Shown here: positions 1 through 14,100 of the stretch, piece after piece | Numbering within the stretch: position 1 is the stretch's first letter | Layout: each line of letters opens with the position of its first letter | Source: Octopus vulgaris | Taxonomy: Eukaryota | Length of the DNA stretch: 64,000 bases | Assembly: GCA_951406725.2 (NCBI GenBank) | Contig: OX597840.1 | Location: 20,956,001-21,020,000 of the forward strand | Reading direction: 5' to 3' | Translations under genes and position numbers: made by a program | The notes under the pieces: model-generated | The model's database searches: none | What the model was told of the DNA's origin: nothing | What the model saw: the letters and a program-made list of their open reading frames with translations, nothing else

Positions 1-2513
1 GGGAACTGGCCCTTATGAGTCTAGAACACTCATGACATGAGAAGATAACTTTACCTTTAAATGATCAAAGAGAAAGATCTAGAATATATAAATAAATAAA
101 AATTTTTAGATCAGCTCAAGTATATTTGGACATATTTAGCCAGTACAAAGGCCGTGTTCACTGTTAATTTGTCGTGGAGGAATTTTCGCACTTCAGTCAA
201 TAGGTGTCCAGTGTTGCAAGCCAAGGAGCTGGAATTCACCATTCAAACGACTGTTGGCGTTTTTCAACAACTATCGCCAAAAGTGAGAAAGGTTCCCCAT
301 GGCAAATTAGCACTGAATACTGCCTTCTTACAGGGACAAATATGCCCCAAACATATTTCAACTGTTCAAAAATGAAGGACTTTGGACAGTTCTGACATGA
401 AGGGAACTAACTCAAAAATGCCAGGCTATATATGCCATATTACACACCATAGCACTAACATCAGTGACCCATTACTCAGTCACTGAGGGTTAAAAACTTA
501 ACTCACCTTGTCAGTCTTATCAGATCTGAAATCAGTGGTGATATGATTCCACCTTGATTGCCGTGGGTAGAGAGCTTGTCTCCCTTGTCAATCATTGGAA
601 AAGTGCTCTCATGGGGCTAAGAGTTATTTTAACTCTTATTTCTAGCAATGCTGGTGCTCACTAGCACCCTCCGTCACTTTAGTGACGACTATACTTTAAT
701 CTATATACACACACACACATGCTCGCAGCAAATTTTTCAGTCAGTATATCCATCACAAGATAATTTGTCGTTCTGCCTGGCACTAATAAAGAAACAAGAC
801 AGTCTTCTAGTTTATCCACAGTTTGGTTTTTAAATAACCCCGAATCAAGTTTTGAATTAATTGCAAACAACAAATTCACAACTCTTCTTCCTCAAGTCAA
901 AAACTAATTTCAATAATTACTTCTTTCTATTTCTGATGTTAATTAATAACAGTTAATGTTAGTAAATTTCACCCTTGTTATCACTCAACCCACACACACA
1001 CATCACGTATGGGATGAAGAAGTCGTACAGATGATGGCTTTGAATTATGTCAAGCAGTGTTACGGATGCAAATTTAATGAACGCAAAATGCAAAGAGAAA
1101 GGTGTAGGATTAGTAAAACACTCTTAATGGCAATATTCTGAGCTAAAACCCTGAAAAAGTGACAAGATACCAAGAGAATTACAAACACACATCATGAGAC
1201 GACGTGTGTATACAGTGTGTAGAGCATATACAGATACATATATCACCTGAAGCATATTTCATGTGGCCCTGTGTATTATGCACATATACACATGCACATC
1301 ATTTTGTTTCGTATCTGAATTCCCATGCAAATATCACCAACTTGTACTCATTTCTCAAATAAGAGAAATGCATGTATGTATAAATAAACACAGTAAATAG
1401 ACACCCTACATTAACCCTTTTATTGGTGCAGTCACTACCTGGTGCTTCAAACTCGTTAATGCATTATACACAAGGTATGTCTACTAAATACGGGATTAAG
1501 TAATTAAATGCACCAAATGACATTATTTTCTCACAAAGGTGTCTGTTTACTTTTGAGAGGTCTGTGCATACATACCTACATACGGATATATATTCATACA
1601 CACATTCACACACAAATATATATACACAGATATCGTGTATAGATGTAAAAATTGCCAAGCTAACTCGTATTATGAATTACATGTCTCCTTGGCCATAAAG
1701 AGGCCAGAGAAGAGGTGCTTAGCTTTGAGTTTTGTAGTGGGAGAGACGTAACATTGAAGATAACATGCCCTGAAAATCTCAAACCTATGCCTGACAGTTA
1801 ATTAAACCAGTCCCTGTAGAAGGTGTCCAGCTTCAAAACCGAACAAAAACTGGTTTCTGAATTCCCAAATTAGTTCAATACCTTTTTCACCTTCACGTTG
1901 TTTCTAATTGTCATATTACGAAGGCAAGAAAACGAGTAAATATAACAATAAAGCCATATGTACCTGGAGGGAGAGGATCATTTAAGACCAGACATTATTC
2001 AGAAACTGTGGAAAGACATTCTTACCCTTTCAATCTGCTACCCAAGTTCCCCTAGCTTTTCTCCAAACACCTTAGCTAAACATTACTGTTAACCAAACAC
2101 TATTCATTCAAACCACAGATTCACTCGCAGACATTATAACTCTTTCACCATTCAGTCCCCACCTCACAGTCATACACCAGCCCTCCATTCTCCTTCTATT
2201 TTACCTCCCCCCACCAGAAACCTAATTAACCAATTAAACATATTTCAAAGTAACATGACACGAAACTGAACCCTTGCCCCCACCTCTCATATCGGTTACA
2301 TATATAACATTACATATTTCACCCCTGCTATTATTTTAGACTAGAATTTACATTATGGGTCTTTTTTTTTCTGTTTTTTACATGCAATATTTGTTGATTT
2401 TTTAAAAACTTTTTTTTTTGCGCTGCCAAAATGCTAGTTTGATGTGGTTAACATAGCTTAGGTGAATGATGTTCTCAATAACCGCAAGTCATCAGCAGTG
2501 ATTGAAAACTCAC

Positions 2514-2858
2514 CATTAACTCAGGGAAAGGTGGCCTTGCCGAGAACCGTCTAATAGCTTGGATGGCAGCGTCAGGAGGATAGACGAGATTAGGAGTTCC
2601 AGGAGCAGCAGCAGCAGCAGCCGCCGACACGCCGCCGCTTCCAACAACAACACCACTCACACCACTGCCTGCGGTAGAAACACATGGTGCACTGACAGAA
2701 GCAGCAGCAGCAGGGCTCACCTGAAGAGGGGGAAGAAGAGGAGGTTGCGATTGGGTAGGTGGCGCTGCATGTGCTACTGCACCTGGCATATTCATCTGAG
2801 CCGACTGGATTCGCCGCTGGGCTGCAGCTCGCAGAACTGCTTCAGAGCAATGCTGATC
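2514..2858 (-). CDS. ARID2: ARID2 exon (DQHCSEAVLRAAAQRR...YPPDAAIQAIRRFSARPPFPELM)
   Basis: ttgcag/gtgagt sites, 345 nt. D.HCS and AA..A.RR motifs of the ARID2 C-terminus. Confidence 0.9.
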
Positions 2859-5800
2859 CTGCAAGACAAAAAAAGAAAAAAGAAAAGACGCCATTTAGAA
2901 GAATCTCAAATAAAACAAAGCCAAGAGAGTGGAAGAGAGAAAGTGGAAAGAGAAAGTGGAAGGTGAAAAGAGAAGGCGGAAAGAGAAAGTGGAAAGAGAA
3001 GGCGGAAAGAGAAGGCGGAAAGAAAAGGTTGAAAGAGAAAGTGGAAAAGAAAGTGGAAAGAGAAGGTGGAAAGAGAGTGGAAGAGAGAAAGTGTTCGGGA
3101 CTTGATACCTATTTCTTTACTACCCACGAGGGGCTAAACACAGAGAGGACAAAGAAGGACAGACAAAGGGATTAAGTCGATTATATCGACCCCAGTGCGT
3201 AACTGGTACTTATTTAATTGACCCCGAAAGGATGAAAGGCAAAATCGACCTCGGCAGAATTTGAACTCAGAACGTAACGGCAGATGAAATACGGCTATGC
3301 ATTTCGCCCATCGTCCTAACGATTCTGCCAGCTCACCGCCTTGATACCTTAATACACACAAACATCTACACAGTAGTAGGTCAAGATATATACAGTCAAC
3401 ATGTTGGGTAGGGTCCAATTCTACCCTGCATCTGAATTAAGGGGTCTTCAGAACATTTGAGAGGTACAGGCATGTCTGTGTAGTTAAGAAACCTTCTTTG
3501 CAACCACATGGTTTTGGGTTCCATACCTCAGTGCGACACCTTGGGCAAGTGTGTGTGTGTGTAGTAATAATAATAATAGTCTTTGGATGGAATTTACAAA
3601 TATTTTAATGCATGCAAAGTATTAAAATATTTATAAATTCCATTCAAGGATTCTTCTTATTATTATTACTACATTTATCCCACATTATATTGGCATGTTT
3701 CAGTGCAACCCAAAAAAACTGGTATCATTAGGCTGTAACCAGCATAATATGCATATTAGAAATGTTTCCTGTAAACAAGCTCAAAGGATACATATATACA
3801 CACACACACAATGGCCTTCATTTCAGCTTCCATCTATCAAATTCACTCACAAGGCTTTGGTTGGCCCAGGGCTATAGAAGAAGACACTTGCCTAAGGTGC
3901 CACATGGTGGGACTGAACCTAGAACCATGTGGTTAGGAGGTTAGCTTTTGTACCAAACAGCCACACTTGCACCTGTTTGTTTCAATTCATTTTTAAAATA
4001 ATGGTATTGCTTGGCTCATGAGAAGAAGATCTCCAGCATTCATTGGATGGATTCATACCAGCTCTAGCATTCAAGTCTTTGACTTTTAATTTAGAACACA
4101 TTAACCCTTTTGTTATCATAGTTCAGTTTAAAGACAGTGTGTTTGTGTCACTTAATTTGAAAAATAATGAAGAATTTAGGTTTATGGATTAGTTTTGTAA
4201 GATTTCTGATGCGAAATTGTGTTGAAACAGATATTGTTATATTTTGGAAGTCATTTTTTTCTTGCCAAATAAACACCTGCACTATACATTCATTCTTCAC
4301 TCATTTATTACTGTTCTTATTCTATCTTATGTCCACTGTCTGGAAATCTTTCATCACACACCCATGACCTCTTCCGCAACTCTTCCATCCACGTGTATCC
4401 TGTAGTTCTGTTTGATCCATGGACTAAACAGAAAAGGAGGAAACACAGGAATGGAACAGTCGCTGAAGAGGTCACAAATGTGTGACAAAAGATTTCCAGA
4501 CAATGGACATAAGATAAAAATAAGAAAAATAACAATAATAAATAAGTGAAGAACAAATATATAGCGCAGGTGTTTATTTGGCAAATAAAAAAAATGTCCA
4601 TCCTGAAATATAACAATGAAGAATTTAGCAAAATATCTATCATCATTAAGCAGGTGTTTGGAACCGAAAATTCACCTGGAATTTTTAATGAAAGGTTTTA
4701 ACTCAGATCACTTTAAACAAAGGTTGTACCATGTAACCAGGGGTGGTCTCAGGTGGGTTGGTATAAAAAGGGTTGAAGATGGACACAATATTAACAAGTA
4801 ACTCTTGAAGAATGGACAGAAAATCACTGACAGACATATAATGTTTGTGGTAGAGCAAGAGATAAATAAGATGCGAATAGCAAGAATATCAGATGTCTTA
4901 AACGGAGCTTGGAATGGATTTGGTTGCGAAGGCAGCCAAAGAGATGACAAAGCAAAAGAAAACAATATGCAGATCAGGTCTTATAGGACACACCTGTTGT
5001 ATCATCACTTACCTGACAGTAAAACAGGGTCAGTGTATTTCAACGAAATGAAACGGTTAAACTTTAGATCTCAAGTTGAAGCTTTTGCAAGAATGTAACA
5101 TTATTGATCTCTACTCAACCCATTCATATTCACTTTATGCTGTCAAATGTGAGGCTTATCTATTCACATTCTTCTGAATTAATCTTGCATTATTAACTGT
5201 GTAGCTTTGAGATTTTGATGATGTGTTTATTTTCTGAATGACATTTTAGGGTATGTGTGAGAGGCCAAATCTGGCCAATTTAATTATAAAACAGGCAAAA
5301 TATTTGGGCCAGATGTGGCTGATTTAAATGCCTAAGGGTAGCCAGTGTAACCTCAAAATCCCAGTCCATGTAGCAATATGGCGGCTTTGTGCCTCAATGA
5401 CCCTGGTAGGCCCTCCCACACTGGATGGGTCAAAGGATAGAGGCCAGACTTAATACGGACCAACACTCCCACCTGGAAAAAAAAGTGAAGTTACACAAGC
5501 TTCAGTGACAATTCAAAACCAACGGAACCTGGATCAGGAACAATGGAGGAAAATGGTCAATGGCCTATGCTTCATAGGGAACAAAGGATGTAACCGAGTG
5601 AAAAATACTGACCTGTATGTGTGTGACCAAAGACCATTTTTTCCTTTCCAATTTTTCACAGCCTTCCCATTTACAAACTCCATCAGACTCTGCCATGACA
5701 TGTGCACTATAAACATGACTGTAGACACCTTTGCTGGTCTCAAAACAGCTGAAAGAAACCAGGAGGGAAAAAAATAAGACTCTCAATGAAGCACAAAAGG

Positions 5801-8800
5801 AATGAAGCAACATTTCACAAGAGGCTGAAAATACCAAATAGACTAAAGAAAGACAGAGAAAACAGTGTAGCAGGGGCCATGGTGTTGAACAGACCGTGGC
5901 TAGTATTCACCCCCCACCCCCTGGGACTAATAAACAACACAAGCTCATCGTTTCCACCTCTATCTCATAGTAAAGCATGTCACAAGGAAACTGAAATCCT
6001 ATTTCTCTCACTCTGTTAACCACATCATCATCATCATCATCATCATTCAGTGTCCATTTTCCATGCTGGCATGGATCAAATGGTTTGACCGAAACTGGTA
6101 AGCCAGAGAGCTCTACCAGGCTCCAGTTCGATTTTGGCTTGATTTCTATGGCTGGATGCCCTTCCTAACTCCAACCACTCCAAGAAGTGTAGTGGGTGTC
6201 ACCAGCACTGGCCACGATCACCATTTCATATGTCTTCTCAAGCAAAGCAAATTGCTTGTCCATCGCCTCTGTGAGATTCAACATCTGAAGATCATGCTTC
6301 ACCACCTAGTCCCATGTCTTCCTGGGTCTACCTCTTCTACAGGTTCTCTCCAGAAAAAAAAATATTCACAACAACTGAATCCACTCCATCAGTTGTCTCT
6401 CTACACCCTACCACCCCTGCTAATCCAAGAGACCCCTGACAGGGTGTGGCATTATTCCACCTTGCATTCATCTCCATTTTCCTGTACAATCTTCTTGTTT
6501 CTCAACTCATCATGTCCAACTGTAAAACCTCTCATGGACCATAGCTGCTATTATTACTACTATTATATAATAGATATTATTACTGCATAGAACCAAGTTA
6601 ACTATAAGCTGTAACAATTTTCACGTATAACACTTGATCTAAACCAATGAGGAAGCCTGTTCCTGATTACTCAACCCACTAAAAATAGCAGCCAAATATC
6701 TTCCCTCTTCAATCCCTCTCTTCTGTATACATCGGTTAATTTAATGCTAGACACATTAGCAGTGATTAAAAGACAGGCCGGTGGCAGTTTCAACGCCGCT
6801 GATCCTAAATCTGGTGGATCAAGGAACAAGTTGCAGCTAAACAACAACAACCACATCTTTAAGGCTGACCGGGGCTGACAGCAATTGATACAAGGGTGTG
6901 ATAGCTTTTACAGTTATTATAAAATTCCATGAACTTAGATTTGAAAGAAAAAAAAAAACATACAAAGGTTAATGGAGCTGAGGCCTCTACCCGTGTTGTA
7001 GACTGTATTTCAGAAGCTATGGTCAGCCAACAGCTGTGGTCTGACCCATTAGCTTTCAAATTCCTGTCAAATGAAATATTTATTTATTTACATTGTTTGG
7101 AATTTATCCTGCATTGTCTCATTGCTTCAACATTCCGATGATGTGATGGCTTATTTTAAAGATCACATTGTAGGGTAGGTGTGAGAGGTCAGATCTAGCC
7201 AGTTTAAATGCCAAAGGGTCAAGCAATGTTTCCAAAGTGCATGCTCAATACGGATCTACATCTCTCTTCATTCATCACTGGGGTTTGGTTCTAAAAACAA
7301 CAGTGATAAAGGAATCCGCTCCATATAATTTGTAAATGATAGATTCGTTGACACCAAACTTGTGTACACAGCAGCAAAACTTCCACCACCACATATTTCC
7401 TTGATTATCTCTTTACCTTTACCTGTAGGGAATACACTTGTCTTCACATTTTTTCTGTTCTCTGGCCCCCATGTCGATGGGTTCAAATACATAAATCAAT
7501 ATAAAAGAACACAGCCATGCAGATTCCAGCCAATAGTTAGGACATTCTGCGTGAGTGGGCCTTGGTGGATGGTCACTTGGATGCGTCTTTGTGATACAAG
7601 TTCAACCTTAGACTGATTACTGACATTTGTTATCACAGATTTGTGATAAGCATGAGGACCATCCAGAAGAGCTGTGTGTGCACAAGCATCAGCCCACAAC
7701 CCTGCGCCCCATGTGCTGGTGTGAACATATCCCCTGCCTCCTGCCAGACTATCCCACCAGGAGGGCCTTACTCTTGTTTGACACAGCAGCTGTGGGATGG
7801 AAGGGACCTCATAGCAGGCCCCACACCAGATAGCTGGATGCGATTAAGGAAGATCTCCAGAGGCTCAACGTTATTCTGGAGGATGCAGAGGGGCTGGCAT
7901 AAGACTGCCAGCGATAGTGGGTGGGGGAGGGGGACATGGGACTTGGTTGGCTCTACGCACAATGACACCTCTGGGGCCATGAACCTGGGATGCCCCCAGG
8001 CCCATCAGCAAGAGCATGAGAAAGTAACATGGTTCACAGTCAAGTGTACCATGTTGTCCTGGATCAGTGTTGAATGAATCAGTGATAAATGAGGCAACAT
8101 GGAAAATATAACTAATATGAACAACAGGAAGCTGTAACCATGGAAATGAATTTAATTTCTAAATTACTAAATCAGGTAAAATATCAAATATTAAACGAGC
8201 AAACTAATTGTATATATTTCCTTTTGACAAAGCGTGAATGTATTTTGATGAAAGAGAATGTGATTAATGTCACTTCAGTATATCACTCGTACCCCTTCTC
8301 CTCGACTTACGACTGACGAGACTTACAACCACAAAAAATAGAGAAATAACAAAAATTAATTTTAAAAATCGATTTTTGGACGTGAGGCAGCTGCAAGGAG
8401 AATAATTATGGCTGCATCTGGTAATGCAGGTCTCCCTCAGATCCGGACATCCACTCCCTGTCACTGTCTCCCACTCAGTCGCTTTCAAATGAAAAATAAG
8501 TATCTCTCTTTTACTCTTTTACTTGTTTCAGTCATTTGACTGCGGCCATGCTGGAGCACCGCCTTTAATTGAGCAACTCAATCCCAGGACTTATTCTTTT
8601 GTAAGTCCAGTACTTATTCTATCGGTCTCTTTTGCTGAACCACTAAGTAACGGGGACATAAACACACCAGCATAGGTTGTCAAGAAATGCTAGGGGGACA
8701 AACGCAGACACACAAACACACATATATATATATATATATATATACACATACACACGACAGGCTTCTTTCAGTTTCCGTCTACCAAATCCACTCACAAGGC

Positions 8801-10094
8801 TTTAGTCGGCCCGAGGCTATAGTAGAAGACACTTGCCCAAGTTGCCACGCAGTGGGACTGAACCCGGAACCATGTGGTTGGTTAGCAAGCTACTTACCAC
8901 ACAGCCACTCCTGCTGTGTTGAAAAATATAAATCCAACATACTGACCAGACTGACTTATGAGTTGTCAGTTGGAATGGAACTTGGTCGTAAGTCGAGGAG
9001 AAGGTGTATTCGGGTCTTTCAGCAATGATTGGATGAATGAAAGGAAACCAACTTTGAGACAGTTTTAACCATTTAGCATTCGGATTACTCTCTCCAATGT
9101 AATTCCATGGTTTCAAATTTTGGCACATGGCCAGCAACACTGAGGAAAGAGATAAGTCGATTACATCAACCCCAGTACGCAGCTGATACTTATTTTATTG
9201 ACCCCAAAAGGATGAATGGACAAAGTTGACCTTGATGGAATTTGAACCCAGAACGTAAAGGCTGACAAAATACCACTAAGCATTTTACCTGGCATGCTAA
9301 CCATTCTACCTGCTCACTGCCGTTCACTCCTGTCTAATCTATTCACATTGTTTGCGAATTAATCATGCAGTATTTCTTAACTTCAAAATTTCAATGAGGT
9401 GCTTGCTTATTTTTTCAGGGCCACATCAAGCTGGTTTGACCGTAAATCAGGCAGGATATTTGGGTAAGGGTTAATCTCAGAAAAGGAACACTAAAAATAC
9501 CAAACCCCTTAATGCAAAGCATCCGGAAAAATGGATACAGTTTCCGTCTACCAAATCCACTCACAAAGCTTTGGTTGGCCCGAGGATATAGAAGACACTT
9601 TCCCAAGGTGCCACACAGTGGGACTGAACCAGGAACCATGTGGTTCGTAAGCAAGCTACTTACCACACAGCCACTCCTACTACTAATAATAATAATAGTT
9701 TCAAATTTTGACAGAGAGTCTATTACATGAACCCCAGTATTTGACTGGGATTTCTTTCATCAACCCCAAGAGGATGAAAAGGCAAAGGCAACATCAGTGG
9801 CATTTGAACCCCAGAACATAAAGCCTGAAAAAATGCTGCCCAGCATCTTGACCGATGTTCTAACAATTCTGCCAGCTTGCTACCCTAGCAATAATAGTAA
9901 TAATAATAAGATTTAAATTAGGGGGAGGAGGGGGGATCCAGTGTTCAGCTGGTACTTGTTTTATTGTCCCCCAAAGGGATGAAAAGAAAAGCTGACCATG
10001 GCAGAATTTGAACTCAGAACGTTATGATGGATGAAATGCTGCAAAGCACTTTGTCCAATGTGCAAACAATTCTGCCAGGTCACTGCCCTAGCAA

Positions 10095-10125
<31 letters not shown>

Positions 10126-11098
10126 AGTGGTTTCCTTTACAGTCATAATGAAAACAACAACAACAAGAGCAACAATACTATCAAAGGGCACTTACCGTTT
10201 ACAGTTGGCCCACTCACAAACAAATTCTGAACCAATCGATGACGAACACCTTGAGTCTGCACTACCAGCATTGTTCCGAATTCGCTTCCGAGCCTTAACC
10301 AACTTATCAGCACCTGTGCCTGGAACACCTTTGGGAGATATGGACTGAGCAGGACGCAGGGCAGTATCTTTACTATCTTTATACAACAGCGTACCCGATA
10401 AGAGTGTACCCTGATTAAAGTTGGAATGCTGTTTTTCAAAAGCGTCCTGAACTGAAGAAACACTAGAGCTGTCACAGCTGATGTCTCCATCACCAGAATC
10501 TGATGCTGGAACCAGCCGTGATTCACAAGTCCTATTTACATGGCTACATAACACAGTTGAATTTTGTTTTTCAGATTTTTTCTTCAAACAATTGCTACCA
10601 GAACAATCTGACGGCCGCTGTTTCTTTGCGGCACACGTGCCAGAACCCAAATGTGTTGCAGTCTTTTCAATATTATTACTGTCTGTTAAAAATTTACAAT
10701 CGCTTATTGTTTCTTGTAGTCCATTCACAACACAACCATTTTCCGGAACCCTAGCAACAGAAGATGATGAGTTTGACGATGATGATGATGATAATGATGA
10801 CACACTCGCCTTCCGCTTCCTCTCTTTTTGATTCTCTGCCGAGAGCTGTAGTTTGGTGTCGAGTGAAGTTTTACTTTCACTGCTGCTTAAATGGTTTAAA
10901 ATTCCATTGACTTTGCTAAATTTGTCAACAGGTTTATTCAACAAAATCTTTTCACCGACACTCAACTCTTCCGACTTGATATCAAAGTTCAGTTTGACAT
11001 CAACAGTTGAAGCAGATGTAACACCATTGTGCAACAGTTCATTACTTCCACCACTCGGACACATCTTGGTGTCCCCTAATGTCTGAATATTATTATTA

Positions 11099-11139
<41 letters not shown>

Positions 11140-14100
11140 GTTATTATGCGGACACAAGCAATGAGCCGTGACCGCAGCACTGCTAGACTTCACACCACCG
11201 TTCACTTGAGCCCCCGCTGCCAGTGTTCGGTTTGGTTTCGGAGACTCGCAAGTGCTGCTGCTGACCGACAGTTTGACGCCGGAGTTCTCACCGTCAACGG
11301 GAACTTCTGGATGTGTTAAGACATCGTCTTCCTGTTTTGTGGAAACTGTATTAGAATTTGAAACCTCGCTCTTCCCAACGGCGTCGGACTGAGTCTTCTC
11401 TTCTTTAATGTCTGTCAATAGAGGTTTGTGTGGATGATATGTTGTTGATATTGTTGTTGATGAGGATGAGAATGATGGCGATGATGATGATGATGATTGT
11501 GGATTACTATGACAAGTATTGCTGCCCAACATGTCGACATTCTTCTTCAACTCTTTACTCGCTGAATATACAAAAGCTACGGGCGATTCAGCAATCTTCT
11601 CTTCCGTATCAATGTCCATAGTCGGAATGCTGTGTGTGTGATTATGTAAAAGGTTTTTCTCATCCGAGCCGGTCAGCAGGATGTTTTGAAAAGATGCACC
11701 AGGAACGTCCTTAGCATGGCTCACAACATCCGAATTCTGTAGTGACTCAGATTTCTCTAAATTGGACGGCTCAGCAGCCCCTTCTAACAGCTTTAGGCAT
11801 TTGTTCTCAACGCGCTCAATTCTTGCCTCAGATCCTTCTTTTACAATGTCCTTAGCACATTCTACCTCTCCACATACCTCCAACTCAAAATTCTGTGGTG
11901 TCTGCGGTGACGAAGCATTCGACAACACAGAGTCGGTGTCTAAAGATTTACATTTCGATGTAACCAGCTTGGGTGTTGATGCACGACAAGGGTGAGAAGT
12001 GAAGTTTTTCACGGGACTAACTCTACCTTTCTTCATTTTCTGTGAATTCTCCAGCAGCATGTTCTGACTAGAAGGGAACAAGTGTCCCTGAGATTGAAAA
12101 ACACATTTTGTGAGGGTTTGTGGAGAGAGGTTGCTATCTAAAGATGTCTCTCCAGGTGAAACTGGGGACACTTTAGAAAAAATTGTATTAGTAGTTGCAG
12201 TGGTAGTATTGGTAGTAGTACTAGTAGTAGTTGTTGACACTTGAGTTACTGGCCTGTACTGGATAACCACTTCATTCTGCTGCAAACTACTGTCAATGGT
12301 CTGTGACAAAGCATTGAGTGGCAGTGAACTGGGGGCAGTGTTGCTGTTGACTGGTGCTGGGGCCTGGCTTAAACTGTTTTCAAATATCTGACTTGTCTCG
12401 AGACTCAGGCCCTGTTGGGTGTTGGAAAGATTACTGTCGGGCAAGTCATGAATTACAATTTGCTGCTGCAAATGTTGAGGTTGCAAAGTAGACTGTGGCT
12501 GACTCGGTTGAGCCTGTATCACAAATTGTTGTTGTGGTTGTTGCTGTTGCTGTGGCGGCACCTGAATGACTAGCTGTTGGGTTTGCAGAGTGGCCGGTGT
12601 GGTCTGTATGACAAGCTGTTGAGTGGCTTGAACAGGCTGACCCTGCGGCGTTGACGGCATCTGAATGACCAGCTGCTGCTGTTGCTGAGCTTGCGGCTGC
12701 TGGAGGAGAATCTGAGATCCTTGGATAACAAACGACTCTTCCGGCCGTGAAGAAACAGCTTGTGTGGCGTCTTGTTGGTCCTGGAGCTCAGCTTGAACAA
12801 CTAAAGGCTCCTGGTTGCTTAACTGTCCCGAGACAGGTTGAACGACAATGTCCTGGTGCTGGAGATTTGCTTGAGAACTCAGTTGGATCACTAACTCGTC
12901 CGGTTTCACACCATTGTTAGCATCTTGGGTGACAGGTAACACTTTCGGGGCAGCCTGCAAGAGGACTGCCTTATTTCCTTGGCCTGTCTGTTGCGAGTTT
13001 TGTGCACTTTGTACGACACTGGCATCAACAGTGACTGCCAATTGCGTCGTGGCAGACCCCAAAGATGCTTCTACTTTCTTAGAATCTTGCTGGTTGGTCT
13101 GTTGGGAAAACGGCTGCTCAGAGGGAAGAACTGCATCCGGCTTCTCCAACTGACTTTCCAAAGATTGTGCGAGATGTAATTCATTAGATGCAGGTGCCAG
13201 ATTTCCCTTTAATTCTTCCTGAAGATCTTCATGACCAGTGTCCGGCTCAGTCTGCTGGCTGTCCGTTTCCATGTTTTCTTCTTGCCGTAAATTGTTATCA
13301 CATGTGGTCTGCTGAGAGTGGGGGTCCTTCGGGGTGCTGACTGGCATACTCTGCTGGGATTGGTCTTCGGTTGTATAGCACGAGTCTTGACTAATGGAGG
13401 TTTGCGATTCCATTGTGTCAGACGGTGCTGGAGAATCGATCGACGGTGGATGCCACTCCATCACCGGAACTGTCACTGCCCTGACAACATTCTGTTTGAT
13501 GGGTTTGGTTTCGAGGCTTGGAAATCCATCCTGAGACATGGCAGCATCAGATCGAGCGGGTGAAGGAGGGGCGTTAGAGATTGAGGAGATGGTCAAAGGG
13601 GTTTCTTGACACTGGTGTGATGGACTTTGAGTTCCTCGGTTTTGGTTGAGCTTCTTGGCAAGTAATGTTTTAATTAAGTTTGTTTCTGAGGGCAGGCGAT
13701 TTCCTGCGGTTCCAACACCGTCTTGGAATGGACTGCCTTTACCCTGCAGGTTTGGTTTAATTTGCTGCCTTGAAGGGTTGGAGGCAGGGGCCTGAGTCTG
13801 GTCAGATTCCATATGCAAAGCATGTTGAATGCAAGGATACGAAGGGTTCTGATTGAGGGCTGTCTGTGTATTAAGAGGAGAATCTTGTAGTTTTAAAGAC
13901 TGTTGAGCAATAGGGGACCGGAGCTGTTGCTGGAGGACAGAAACAGTTTTACATTGTACGTTGGGTGTTGTAGACACAGCGGATACCACAAGGGTACGGC
14001 TGATGGGTGTCGAGGGCGTTGGTGGTAAAGGATTGGCTAAGTTTCTCGAAGGCGTTCCGGGAGACTGCAGGATTTTGGCGCAATGTTTCTGTTGGTTTGA

